A stretch of DNA of 64,000 nucleotides, taken from contig JAZNAO010000006.1 in the NCBI GenBank assembly GCA_045586565.1, positions 1,457-65,456 of the forward strand. Direction: 5' to 3'. Shown in pieces: positions 19,118-28,352 of the stretch; position 1 is the first letter of the stretch; the number at the start of each line of letters is the position of its first letter. This DNA is from Candidatus Enterousia sp. (lineage in GTDB: Bacteria; Pseudomonadota; Alphaproteobacteria; Rs-D84). The notes under the pieces were generated by a model. That model saw only the letters and a program-made list of their open reading frames with translations, was not told the DNA's origin and ran no database searches. The translations under genes were made by a program, and so were the position numbers.

Positions 19118-22100
19118 ATGTCATTTCTCAAAAATACAGTAAGTTTATTGGCGGTTTTCTGCGTTGTTCCGGCGGCTTTTGGTGCCACGGCGCGCCCCAG
19201 TGTTTTAAACACTGCGACGGCGGTTTCGGCAACTGGTGCGGTTCGTCGTGTGGCGATGCCAACGATGACATCGTATATCACTGGCTCGGCGGGTGGTGTT
19301 ACAAACAACAATAATGGCAACTCTGGTTCCAGCAACTTATTAGACAGCATTGAATGCATCGATGCATACACCGAATGTATCAAATCCGAAGATGTGTGCG
19401 GCGAAGATTTGTCAGAATGCACAACAAACGTATTGTTCCATGGCAAAATGCCCCAGTGTGTAAGCACCCTGGCCCAATGTGAACCGGATGGGGTTGATGC
19501 ATTATTTGGCACAAAGAATGTAACCGATTTGTCGTTCTATGATTCAAATAATTCTGCGGAATATGATGCCGAAGATGGTGAGGTTATTCGTTACACATAC
19601 CCAACAGACGGCAGTGTTCTGGGGCAAATGATTATATCTGCGGCGATTGAAAATCAGTATGATACACAAACATGCGTGAAACGTTATATGTCATGCTTGA
19701 ATAAAGACAGTGTTTGTGGTGCAGACTTTGAATTATGTACCGACGAACGTGAATTTAAAAAGCAGGCATTGTTCTGTGATTCAACCCTGGCCCGTTGCCA
19801 GGCAGACGGTGTTCGCGAATTATTCGGGGTTTCAAAATGGTCGCCACATAAAATGGGTGCGGATGGCAAAATCGAAGGTTCTTCCCGTGTTGGTGTGGCA
19901 ATCAAAGACGGTGCAGATTTGGCGGCGTTGAACGCGGTTTCTACCTGTTACAAGGTTGTTGAACAGTGTTTCTTGGGCGCATGTTCGGCCAATCCGTTGC
20001 GTTGTTTGGCGGGGTCGAATTTATCGACATTGACGGCGGCAAATGATATTGCGGCGGACGGTATCACAATCACATTGTCAAATGACAGTGCGCCATCAAC
20101 CCCAACAGACGTAAATCGTTATCTGCGCACATCGTGCCAGGATACAATTGGTGCAAATAAATTCTGTCACATGACATTCTTGGGCAAAAATCCAAGTAAG
20201 AAAGACTTGGCGGATGTAGATGTCCAATCAGAAGTCTTTGACGATGCAATCAGCGAACGTAAAAAATACGTTGAATCAAAAATCCAAGATTTGATGACAC
20301 AGTTCGATAAACGTGCCAAGGATAAATGTGTTGAAACAATTCGTTCATGCGCAATGCGTTCCTGTGGCGAAGGTGTCGGTTCTGTATGTTATTCATCTGT
20401 ATATGGCGCGAATGGCGGAAATACAATTGCGGGTCCGGCCACACGTCCAGATATCAAAACGGCATGTGAATCTGTTGTAAATACCGATGTGAATTGCCAA
20501 TATGCATATTCAACTGTTATAGATAATGGTGTGTATTCATACAATTACATCCAAAATTCTGTATTTGATACATTATTCCCAGAATATGCTGCCGACAAAA
20601 CAAACAATGATCCAATCGGTGTAATCGGGTCGTTAAATTCGTCCCTGTCGACCAGTTATAATGCCGCTGCTCTGGCGCAAATGAAGAAGCAATGTCAATC
20701 TGTCGCGACCAGCTGTGTTAAATCAATGTGTGGCACGGATTACCAGAATTGCTATCGCAATCGAACAGATATCTTGTCTGATTTGACCAATACGGATAAT
20801 GCAAAGTTTGATACGTCAATGAACAAGGTTGGTGGTGTTCTGGATTATACAATTGTATTGGGATTGTGCATGAACACGGTTAAAAACGCCGATGTATGTG
20901 ATGAACACCTGAAAATCCAAAAGGCCAAATTAGATTTGGAAAAGACAACGGAAAATGTATGGGGAACACAATCGTCTGTCCGTGATGGCTGGATTGATGC
21001 TGGTGGTGCCAAGAAGTTTGAAGAAGGGATGGTTCATTCCAAAGACGAAAATGGTGCCGATTTATGCACAAATGCTGCAGGGGACCAAGGTGTTTGCTAT
21101 GACGTTGATGCCAATGGTGATGTTTTTAATAAACCTGTGATGATATCTGCAGACCTGTATAAAACGAACCAGGCCACAACATCATTATTCCGTGAATTGT
21201 TGGTTGATTTAGAATACGAAGCCCAGGCGAAGTATAACGCCAAATTGACGAAACAACAGAATATGTGTCTGGCGGCAAATTCTGGTGGTGTTGTTGGCGC
21301 TGGCGATATGGGTTCAACATTCATGTGGGCAAAATTGAAAAGGGGCAAGGTTCCGGCCGATTATTCAATGAATGGTTTAACCAGTGACCAAATTGTCCCA
21401 AGTAATGAATTGTATGGTTCATTCTGCCGTGTGCGTGTGACACTGCAATCCACAGACCCAACCGTATCTGAATGGTTAAACAGTACCGAAGGTCAGAAAT
21501 ATGCAACGCGTTATTTTGCGGCGGGTGATGCATTTACATGCGGTTCATGGATACCTGTTGGCGATGAAGGAACATGCCATGACGATACCGCCGCGGGCAT
21601 CAGAAGATGCAAAGGTGGCTCAGGATTACGTGGCCTGGCGCAAAAGGTTGGCGAAGCCACATATACATACGACAAACAGAAATCCGACACAATTCTGCAA
21701 ACAATGTTGCCAGTGGTTGGATTGCTGGGTGGTGGTATTGGTGGTGCATATCTGGGCGCCGGCATCGAAGACGGTTCTGTATTCGGCGGTCTGACGGGTA
21801 AAAAGAGCACAAAATCAGACAGCAAGACAGCAAAGACTGCAAACGATAGATGTTCGAATGCCATCGATATGGCCAAAACAAAATTAGCGGAAGCAAATCC
21901 TAGCCTGGAAAGTGTAAGAAGTTTAGCCAAAACAGCGGCTGATGAATTAGAAGACATGGACAAGGTTGTGTACAAAAACCTGGAGTATTGGCCAGATGGT
22001 ATGACAACTACTGTTACTGAAACTATTTCTAAAGGAGAAGGGGAGCAAACTAAATATTATTGTGGCGGGACAGAAGTCAATACGAAAGTACCAGCACGGT

Positions 22101-22432
22101 GCGTTGGTGATAAGTTATTGGCCGATGCAAGAACAGAAATCACACCCATTTTGAATAGACTAGAAGGTTATTGTGAATCTGCGGTCGAAGACGAAGATGC
22201 CAATGCTAAAAAGAAAAAGGGTGCCGCCGCCGCGGGGGCTGTGACAACCGGTGTGATCAGCAGTGTTCTGACATGGGGCGTCACACGCAGCATCATTGAT
22301 GCACAACGCACCAAAGAACAACAGGCCGCAATTGATGAATTCATGGATTCATTGGGTTCAAAAATCAATTGTGTTGTCGGTGGGGATTCCATTGCGGTAT
22401 ATGGCGACACATTGGTCACCAGTATGGAATAA
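19118..22432 (+). CDS. Large Cys-rich secreted/membrane-anchored protein (1104 aa), unknown family
   Basis: RBS GGAG..AAGGGG and signal peptide ...VVPAAFG|A. Contains duplicated Cys modules, a Gly-rich hydrophobic segment (LPVVGLLGGGIGGAYLGAGI) and a second C-terminal hydrophobic segment. Followed by a strong terminator. Confidence 0.7.
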   Translation: MSFLKNTVSLLAVFCVVPAAFGATARPSVLNTATAVSATGAVRRVAMPTMTSYITGSAGGVTNNNNGNSGSSNLLDSIECIDAYTECIKSEDVCGEDLSECTTNVLFHGKMPQCVSTLAQCEPDGVDALFGTKNVTDLSFYDSNNSAEYDAEDGEVIRYTYPTDGSVLGQMIISAAIENQYDTQTCVKRYMSCLNKDSVCGADFELCTDEREFKKQALFCDSTLARCQADGVRELFGVSKWSPHKMGADGKIEGSSRVGVAIKDGADLAALNAVSTCYKVVEQCFLGACSANPLRCLAGSNLSTLTAANDIAADGITITLSNDSAPSTPTDVNRYLRTSCQDTIGANKFCHMTFLGKNPSKKDLADVDVQSEVFDDAISERKKYVESKIQDLMTQFDKRAKDKCVETIRSCAMRSCGEGVGSVCYSSVYGANGGNTIAGPATRPDIKTACESVVNTDVNCQYAYSTVIDNGVYSYNYIQNSVFDTLFPEYAADKTNNDPIGVIGSLNSSLSTSYNAAALAQMKKQCQSVATSCVKSMCGTDYQNCYRNRTDILSDLTNTDNAKFDTSMNKVGGVLDYTIVLGLCMNTVKNADVCDEHLKIQKAKLDLEKTTENVWGTQSSVRDGWIDAGGAKKFEEGMVHSKDENGADLCTNAAGDQGVCYDVDANGDVFNKPVMISADLYKTNQATTSLFRELLVDLEYEAQAKYNAKLTKQQNMCLAANSGGVVGAGDMGSTFMWAKLKRGKVPADYSMNGLTSDQIVPSNELYGSFCRVRVTLQSTDPTVSEWLNSTEGQKYATRYFAAGDAFTCGSWIPVGDEGTCHDDTAAGIRRCKGGSGLRGLAQKVGEATYTYDKQKSDTILQTMLPVVGLLGGGIGGAYLGAGIEDGSVFGGLTGKKSTKSDSKTAKTANDRCSNAIDMAKTKLAEANPSLESVRSLAKTAADELEDMDKVVYKNLEYWPDGMTTTVTETISKGEGEQTKYYCGGTEVNTKVPARCVGDKLLADARTEITPILNRLEGYCESAVEDEDANAKKKKGAAAAGAVTTGVISSVLTWGVTRSIIDAQRTKEQQAAIDEFMDSLGSKINCVVGGDSIAVYGDTLVTSME

Positions 22433-22459
22433 TTAAAAAAAGTTTTGCATAAACCTCCT

Positions 22460-22486
22460 AAAATCCCCCACCCGGGGGGATTTTTT
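22460..22486 (+). terminator. Intrinsic terminator after the 1104-aa gene
   Basis: TCCCCC-ACCCG-GGGGGA hairpin followed by T6. Confidence 0.75.
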
Positions 22487-22568
22487 ATCGCAGTAGCCGT
22501 CGCGGAATAATCTCCTTTGCTGGCGAAGGGGTGTCAGGCAGTGAAGGGGTAGTGGGAATTTAACAATA

Positions 22569-22652
22569 CCGCGATAAATAAAAGTTTAGTCTTGCATAAC
22601 ATTTTACAAGAATCTGTGATTCTTGTCATTGCGCGCGCAGCGTGGCAATCCA
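22569..22652 (-). repeat. Dispersed palindromic repeat arm (copy R1)
   Basis: Its reverse complement aligns almost base-for-base with 53191-53283 (CTGGATTGCCACG...ATGACAAGAATCACAGATTCTTGTAAAA...AAACTTTTATTTATCGCGG). Confidence 0.8.
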
Positions 22653-22695
22653 GTTATATGCGCGTAAAACGCGCACAATATTATGATACAATTTA

Positions 22696-22787
22696 CTGGA
22701 TCGTCACGGTCGTTTCACATCCGCGCGATGACAATTTTTGTGAACAAAAATTGTAAACAATGCATGCGCCGAACTTCTATTTATCTG
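22696..22787 (+). repeat. Dispersed palindromic repeat arm (copy F2), inverted relative to R1
   Basis: CTGGATCGTCACGGTCGTTTCAC...CGCGATGACAATTTTTGTGAACAAAAATTGTAAA...AACTTCTATTTAT. The architecture matches 53191-53283, with a covarying central hairpin. Confidence 0.65.
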
Positions 22788-22793
22788 TATAAT

Positions 22794-23471
22794 TTACTTT
22801 AAAATTTCAGACATGAATTTTTCGTGGTTTTCTAAATCAGCCGTCGGCACATCAAACTTGCGATATGGAAAGTCCCCACCAACCTTTGGGTGTGCCAACA
22901 TGGCGGCATGCTGCTTTGCGATAATTTCACTGACATCTGGGGCCGGTGCAGTGTTTTCCAGTTCCAAATAAACCTTGGCCAGAATTTCCGAGTCAATCAA
23001 TGCCCCGTGCGCATCTGCACGCGCCGTCAGTGATATCCCATACCATTTTGCCAACGCATCCAATGTATAACTTTTGGGCCCAAACACACGGTTACGCGCA
23101 ATCACCAGTGAATCCAGCATCTGTTCACGTGGAATTGGTGGCATTTTCAGCATTTCTAATTCGTGATTTATAAACGGAAAGTCAAAGTCCATCCCATTGT
23201 GTGCGACAATCGGGCTGTCACCGATAAAGGCCATGAAACGTGGCGCAACCTCTGACATTTTTGGTTTGTCTTCCAGAAATGCGTTTGAAATCTTGTGAAC
23301 CATATATGTATCTGGTGGAATAATTTTGCCTTCGGGATTGATATATTCATGAAAAGAATTATCGGTTATTTTACCGTCAACGATTTCCACTGCACCAATT
23401 TCAATGCATCGGTCGCCGCGCATATAGTCAAACCCAGTTGTTTCAATGTCAAAGCAAATAACGCGTTTCAT
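22794..23471 (-). CDS. dnaQ: DNA polymerase III epsilon subunit (3'-5' exonuclease)
   Basis: Exo motifs FDIETTG, HNGMDFDFPF and HGALIDSEILAKVY. Confidence 0.88.
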   Translation of the reverse strand: MKRVICFDIETTGFDYMRGDRCIEIGAVEIVDGKITDNSFHEYINPEGKIIPPDTYMVHKISNAFLEDKPKMSEVAPRFMAFIGDSPIVAHNGMDFDFPFINHELEMLKMPPIPREQMLDSLVIARNRVFGPKSYTLDALAKWYGISLTARADAHGALIDSEILAKVYLELENTAPAPDVSEIIAKQHAAMLAHPKVGGDFPYRKFDVPTADLENHEKFMSEILK

Positions 23472-23521
23472 ATCTTTTTCAATCCCTTGATAATAATTGT
23501 CGGCCGTATTATAATAGAACC

Positions 23522-25591
23522 GTGAATTTAATGCCAGAAAATCTTAACAACGAACAAAAGAAAGCCGTTGAAACGACGTCTGGCCCATTGTTGGTGCTGT
23601 CAGGTGCAGGAACCGGTAAAACACGCGTGCTGACCACACGTATTGCATACATATTAAATTGTGGTCTGGCCCAACCGTGGCAGGTTTTGGCCCTGACCTT
23701 TACGAACAAGGCTGCAAACGAAATGAAAAATCGTCTGGCCGATTTGTCGGATGGTGCGTGGTATTCTGGTGACATTTGGTGTGGTACGTTTCATTCGATA
23801 TGCCTGAGAATTTTGCGCAGTAATGCCGAACGTGCGGGATTACGCCGTGACTTTATAATCTTTGGCGAAGACGACCAGAAATCAGTTATCAAATCATTGT
23901 TGTCGTCATCAACCAAGACACCTGGCGATTATGTTGAAGAATTTTCTGCGATAAAAGACAAAGGCCTGATTGCGTTAAAAAATACCGATAAATTATTCAA
24001 TGCATATAACGCGGAATTGACACGATTAAACGCGGTGGACTTTGGTGATATTATTTTAAAAGTCTTGGAATTATTTGATAAAAATCCAGACATATTGTCG
24101 CGCTATCAAAATCAGTTTAAATATATCTTGGTTGATGAATTCCAAGATACTAATAATGCCCAGATGGAATTTCTGTGCATGTTGACACGCGGTATTGATG
24201 TGCCAAATATTTGTTGCGTTGGTGATGATGATCAATCAATTTATTCATGGCGCGGTGCAGAAATAAAACACATATTAAATTTTGAAAAAACATTCCCAGA
24301 CGCGCAAATAATCCGCCTGGAAACTAATTATCGCAGTACGGCAAATATTCTGGGCGTGGCAAATTCTTTAATCCGACATAATGCAGGGCGCCTTGGCAAA
24401 GATTTGCGCGCCACAGATACAGGACCGGGCGAACCTGTATATGTTTTAACATTGCCGGGCGATCGGGATGAGGCGCGCATTATCGCCGATGCAATATTGC
24501 GCGATGATACAAACGATTTTACAAAATATGCATTACTTATCCGTGCCGGCAGTCTATCGCGTATATTCGAAGAAGAATTTGCAGCACGTGGTATTCCATA
24601 CAAACTAATCGGTGCGACAAAATTCTATGACCGTATGGAAATACGTGATGCGATTGCATATTTGCGCCTGTTGGTATATCCGTTTGATGATATATCTTTC
24701 CTGCGTGTGATTGCAAAGCCACGTCGTGGATTCGGGGACAAGGCAATTGAAAAATTGCGTGCATCTGGCACGAATTTAATGACGGGATTACGTAATGCTG
24801 CGCTGGCGCCTAAGTTGCGCGCGGCGGCGGATGAATTTTTATCTGCATTTGATTTTGATTGGGCGGCGATGCCACCACGTGATGCGGCGCAAAAATTGTT
24901 AAATGATTCTGGCTATATGAAAATGTGGGCAGATTCCAAAGATGTCGATGCCCCCGACAGAATTGCAAATATTCGCGAACTGTTGACGGCGGTAATTTCC
25001 AAATATGACACCATCCCAGAATTCTTGGAACAGGCCGCATTAATGATGACCGATGATAATGATTCCACCGACAATCCGCAAAATAATAACACGGTCAGTA
25101 TTATGACTATACACGCGGCCAAGGGGCTGGAATTTGATACGGTGTTTTTGCCTGCCTGGGAAGAAGGTATTTTTCCAAATGACAAGGCAATAAACGAAGG
25201 CGCCATCGAAGAAGAACGTCGCCTGGCATACGTGGCAATAACGCGTGCACGCCGTCGTTGTATTATATCAAATGCCATGTCGCGTATGGTGTTTGGTTCG
25301 CGTCAGTATAATTGCCCCAGTCGTTTTATCACGGAAATGGATAATAAGTTTTTAGATTTCCAGGGTGGTGCCCCGCGAACATATTCGCCATACACACATA
25401 TATCACGTTCGTATGACCCCGCGCCAAAACCGCGCCCAACAAAATCCGCCACAATGGTTGGCAAATTGGTCACGCACAATGAAATGGGGTCTGGTGTTGT
25501 CATCGAAGACAGTGGCACAATTTTAACAGTCGCATTTAAATCGCGTGGCATAAAAAAAGTCGCCCGTGATTTTGTGAAAACAATTGGATAA
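23522..25591 (+). CDS. uvrD: UvrD/Rep-family DNA helicase II
   Basis: Motifs GAGTGKT, DEFQDTN, NYRS, TIHAAKGLEFD and VAITRAR. The start could be GTG 23522 or ATG 23531. Confidence 0.9.
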   Translation: MNLMPENLNNEQKKAVETTSGPLLVLSGAGTGKTRVLTTRIAYILNCGLAQPWQVLALTFTNKAANEMKNRLADLSDGAWYSGDIWCGTFHSICLRILRSNAERAGLRRDFIIFGEDDQKSVIKSLLSSSTKTPGDYVEEFSAIKDKGLIALKNTDKLFNAYNAELTRLNAVDFGDIILKVLELFDKNPDILSRYQNQFKYILVDEFQDTNNAQMEFLCMLTRGIDVPNICCVGDDDQSIYSWRGAEIKHILNFEKTFPDAQIIRLETNYRSTANILGVANSLIRHNAGRLGKDLRATDTGPGEPVYVLTLPGDRDEARIIADAILRDDTNDFTKYALLIRAGSLSRIFEEEFAARGIPYKLIGATKFYDRMEIRDAIAYLRLLVYPFDDISFLRVIAKPRRGFGDKAIEKLRASGTNLMTGLRNAALAPKLRAAADEFLSAFDFDWAAMPPRDAAQKLLNDSGYMKMWADSKDVDAPDRIANIRELLTAVISKYDTIPEFLEQAALMMTDDNDSTDNPQNNNTVSIMTIHAAKGLEFDTVFLPAWEEGIFPNDKAINEGAIEEERRLAYVAITRARRRCIISNAMSRMVFGSRQYNCPSRFITEMDNKFLDFQGGAPRTYSPYTHISRSYDPAPKPRPTKSATMVGKLVTHNEMGSGVVIEDSGTILTVAFKSRGIKKVARDFVKTIG

Positions 25592-25617
25592 AAAAACGGC
25601 ATGACGCCGTTTTTTTA
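25590..25617. terminator. Bidirectional terminator between uvrD and the VirB6-like operon
   Basis: A-run, then ACGGC-ATGAC-GCCGT hairpin, then T-run. Confidence 0.65.
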
Positions 25618-26910
25618 TTTGCGTGATTCTTTGATAATTTTATACCATTCTTTGACAGACTTTTTTGCATCGCCCCATAATCTGGTCACGTCTGATTTTA
25701 ATGATGTGCCCATTGAAGAATCTATTGCGCCACCTATGTCTGTTGCAATTTGTGATGCATGACTGGCCAGATACCATGTCAACGCCATCACAAACATAGA
25801 TGTCCATATATTTGGATTATCAAATTCTGGCACCAACCCAGGATTTGTTAAATCCATAACGCCCGATAATAATGCTGTGCAAATTGCAATAACAATTGAC
25901 AATGTGACAAAGTGCAGGGCTGCATTGATAAAACGCATAATTTGTGCCTGTAAAGATTCTGTGGAAAATAACTTTACAAAACCATTATAAATATCACCAA
26001 CAATTCCCTTGTATGATGTTTGGCCCACGCACTCTGCAATTGCAGTAAAAGGCAACATTATAATCCCCAAGAATAAATCTGCAATTACACCAAATGCAAC
26101 AAATGCAAATTTCCATGCCAGATATATAAACCCACCAATCATTGCGCCACCACACAGGAATGAAAACATACTGCGTCCGATACCGTATGCCATCCATTTC
26201 CATCCAACCGCCACCGCCGTATAACAAAATCCGGATAATCGTGTTGGAATACACATAATGTTTGCTGCGGCTTCTGGGGGCAATAAATTAGATTCAGATA
26301 TATGTTCTGTGGCATACATATGAATCGCTGTGCATGTGTCTGGGATTTGTGCGCCTGCAACACTGGCTACTGCATTTAAAATTAAATCAGATATCAGTGA
26401 TGCAACGCTTAAAATTGGACTCATCACCATCATAAATGTTTCTGCCGGTCCGACATTTAACACCACCACCCACATTGCGGTTATTGCGCCTTTTTTCAGC
26501 ATTGATTTTATTGTGTCTTTAGTGTCGGCTTTGCCGGTGATTATATTATATGCCTCTAACCCCATCCAGAATGCATACATCAATATGATAAATATGATTG
26601 TAAACCGAACCAATGACGAATCCAGTATATGCCCGATATGTGAAAACGCATTCATAAATGCCAGACCGATTTTCGCTTCTATTGGGACAAACCCCACATC
26701 AAAATTTTGTATTGTATTTCCGTGAAATTTTTCAAAATCCCCAGACAGTTGCCCTATAAACAATTCTCGGTTTGCTTCCGTGGTCCATACCCCATTATCA
26801 CCGATATCTGGTAACGGTACATTTGTTTCGCCAAATGCCGGCACCGCCATAACCGTTGCGATTGCAACAAGTGCTAAATACCTACAAAGATGTTTAAATA
26901 CCTTTATCAT
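25615..26910 (-). CDS. TrbL/VirB6-like polytopic membrane protein, paralogue 4 (431 aa)
   Basis: Signal peptide and multiple TMs. The layout (hydrophobic helix - charged loop - helix ...) is shared with the four neighbours and resembles VirB6. 4-nt overlap with the upstream gene. Confidence 0.5.
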   Translation of the reverse strand: MIKVFKHLCRYLALVAIATVMAVPAFGETNVPLPDIGDNGVWTTEANRELFIGQLSGDFEKFHGNTIQNFDVGFVPIEAKIGLAFMNAFSHIGHILDSSLVRFTIIFIILMYAFWMGLEAYNIITGKADTKDTIKSMLKKGAITAMWVVVLNVGPAETFMMVMSPILSVASLISDLILNAVASVAGAQIPDTCTAIHMYATEHISESNLLPPEAAANIMCIPTRLSGFCYTAVAVGWKWMAYGIGRSMFSFLCGGAMIGGFIYLAWKFAFVAFGVIADLFLGIIMLPFTAIAECVGQTSYKGIVGDIYNGFVKLFSTESLQAQIMRFINAALHFVTLSIVIAICTALLSGVMDLTNPGLVPEFDNPNIWTSMFVMALTWYLASHASQIATDIGGAIDSSMGTSLKSDVTRLWGDAKKSVKEWYKIIKESRK

Positions 26911-28352
26911 TTATTTGTCACCACATCTGCAATTGTATCTGTAATTTTTAATGGCGCACGCCCAGTTGTTTTTATCAAATCACCTGTCCATTTACCAAAA
27001 TCAAACAATTCTGGACTGTCTTTGCCCAACATCTTGTCAATCTTTGGGCTGATTGCATAAAAGTACAAGAAGAACAAACATGCCATCATCAACAAGAAAT
27101 CCCATCCATCATCCATAAAATTAAATGCGTTTGGATACTTTCTTTCAACTTCTGCCTTGCGTGCGGTAAAGCAATTTTTAAATTTATCTTTGTCCATTTC
27201 GCCATCTACCAAAGCAACCTGTTCACATGTTGTAAACACATTCATTACAGATAATGTTTGTGCGTCTGGATTTTCGGCATGCATACCCATCATTGGTGGT
27301 AATATTGCCGTATATCCATCATTTGGTCCTGGGAAAAACGCATCTGCGGTGTATGATACCGTCGCGTATATCACCAATGTTTTCAATGTAATGGCGATAA
27401 TTCTTACTGCTGATGTAACCAGCATATTTATTGCATTCCCCAATAACCCATTTGCCTTGGCCCAGACGCCTTCGAACGCATATGATGCCAATAACAGTGG
27501 CAAAAATATAACCAAGAATACCAGTTTAAATACCACAGATAATATTTGAAAAAACAAATCAAAACCAATCAGCAAGAACATCAATACCAATGCCAATCCT
27601 GCGACCCACGTAAACGCACCGCCACCCATACCCATCCAAGAATAATTCATCAGTGAAAATCCGCCTGCGGCACCTGCCAGCATTACACTGTTTATATTTC
27701 CAACAACGCACATAAATGGTTGCAGTATTGGATTTAAAATATCATTTTCGTTTTCAGAATATTTATCATTTCTCAAATTGCATTGTGCAGAATCACTGAT
27801 ACCTGTGGCGGCCATTGATAATTCTGCCCCAAGATACATAACTGGTGTAATTGTTAGTTGTGATACTGTCTTTAAAGCGCCTGTGCCGCCCATCCCCAGC
27901 ATTCCCATTACTGCACCAACAATCAGCACACGTGCACCCTGTTTCCAGATTTTGTCGACCAGCGCATTTATTTCCAATTTCTTTTCTGTGTCGTCTAACT
28001 TCATGGCTTCTTTTGCAGAATTTAACATATGCTGAACAATACTGATGACAATAAACAACCCAAATCCCAACACCATCAATATCCAAATATTGTTTACCAT
28101 TAAATTCCAGAATTTGTCGGCTGCATTCCCGATGACTGTGAACAAATCAGAAATATATCTGCACATAAAACATCCGTTGACGTTTGAAATATTCCCGTCA
28201 GTTGCCCCCACGGCCGTTAAAAAGTTATCCAAACTGGTATACGTAATGGATGTACCGCCCAAAGATGACGACAAATACCATATCCCCAGCCCTAATGCGG
28301 CGATGATAAAGAATGCTTTGATGGCCATAACAATCAATTTTGCCTTTAACAT
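26907..28352 (-). CDS. TrbL/VirB6-like polytopic membrane protein, paralogue 3 (481 aa)
   Basis: Polytopic, with the N-proximal motif CFMCRYISDLF shared with two paralogues. Translationally coupled to its neighbours. Confidence 0.5.
   Translation of the reverse strand: MLKAKLIVMAIKAFFIIAALGLGIWYLSSSLGGTSITYTSLDNFLTAVGATDGNISNVNGCFMCRYISDLFTVIGNAADKFWNLMVNNIWILMVLGFGLFIVISIVQHMLNSAKEAMKLDDTEKKLEINALVDKIWKQGARVLIVGAVMGMLGMGGTGALKTVSQLTITPVMYLGAELSMAATGISDSAQCNLRNDKYSENENDILNPILQPFMCVVGNINSVMLAGAAGGFSLMNYSWMGMGGGAFTWVAGLALVLMFLLIGFDLFFQILSVVFKLVFLVIFLPLLLASYAFEGVWAKANGLLGNAINMLVTSAVRIIAITLKTLVIYATVSYTADAFFPGPNDGYTAILPPMMGMHAENPDAQTLSVMNVFTTCEQVALVDGEMDKDKFKNCFTARKAEVERKYPNAFNFMDDGWDFLLMMACLFFLYFYAISPKIDKMLGKDSPELFDFGKWTGDLIKTTGRAPLKITDTIADVVTNK

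Noticed and set aside
22490-22568. A fragment (GGCGAAGGGGTGTCAGG) resembling the H1/H2 junction of the Cys-rich gene leaders (CGATGGGGTGTCAAG), possibly a decayed fourth leader.
   Set aside because: The match is ~15 nt with no promoter, no S1-S4 segments and no downstream gene, so it is too short to distinguish from chance.
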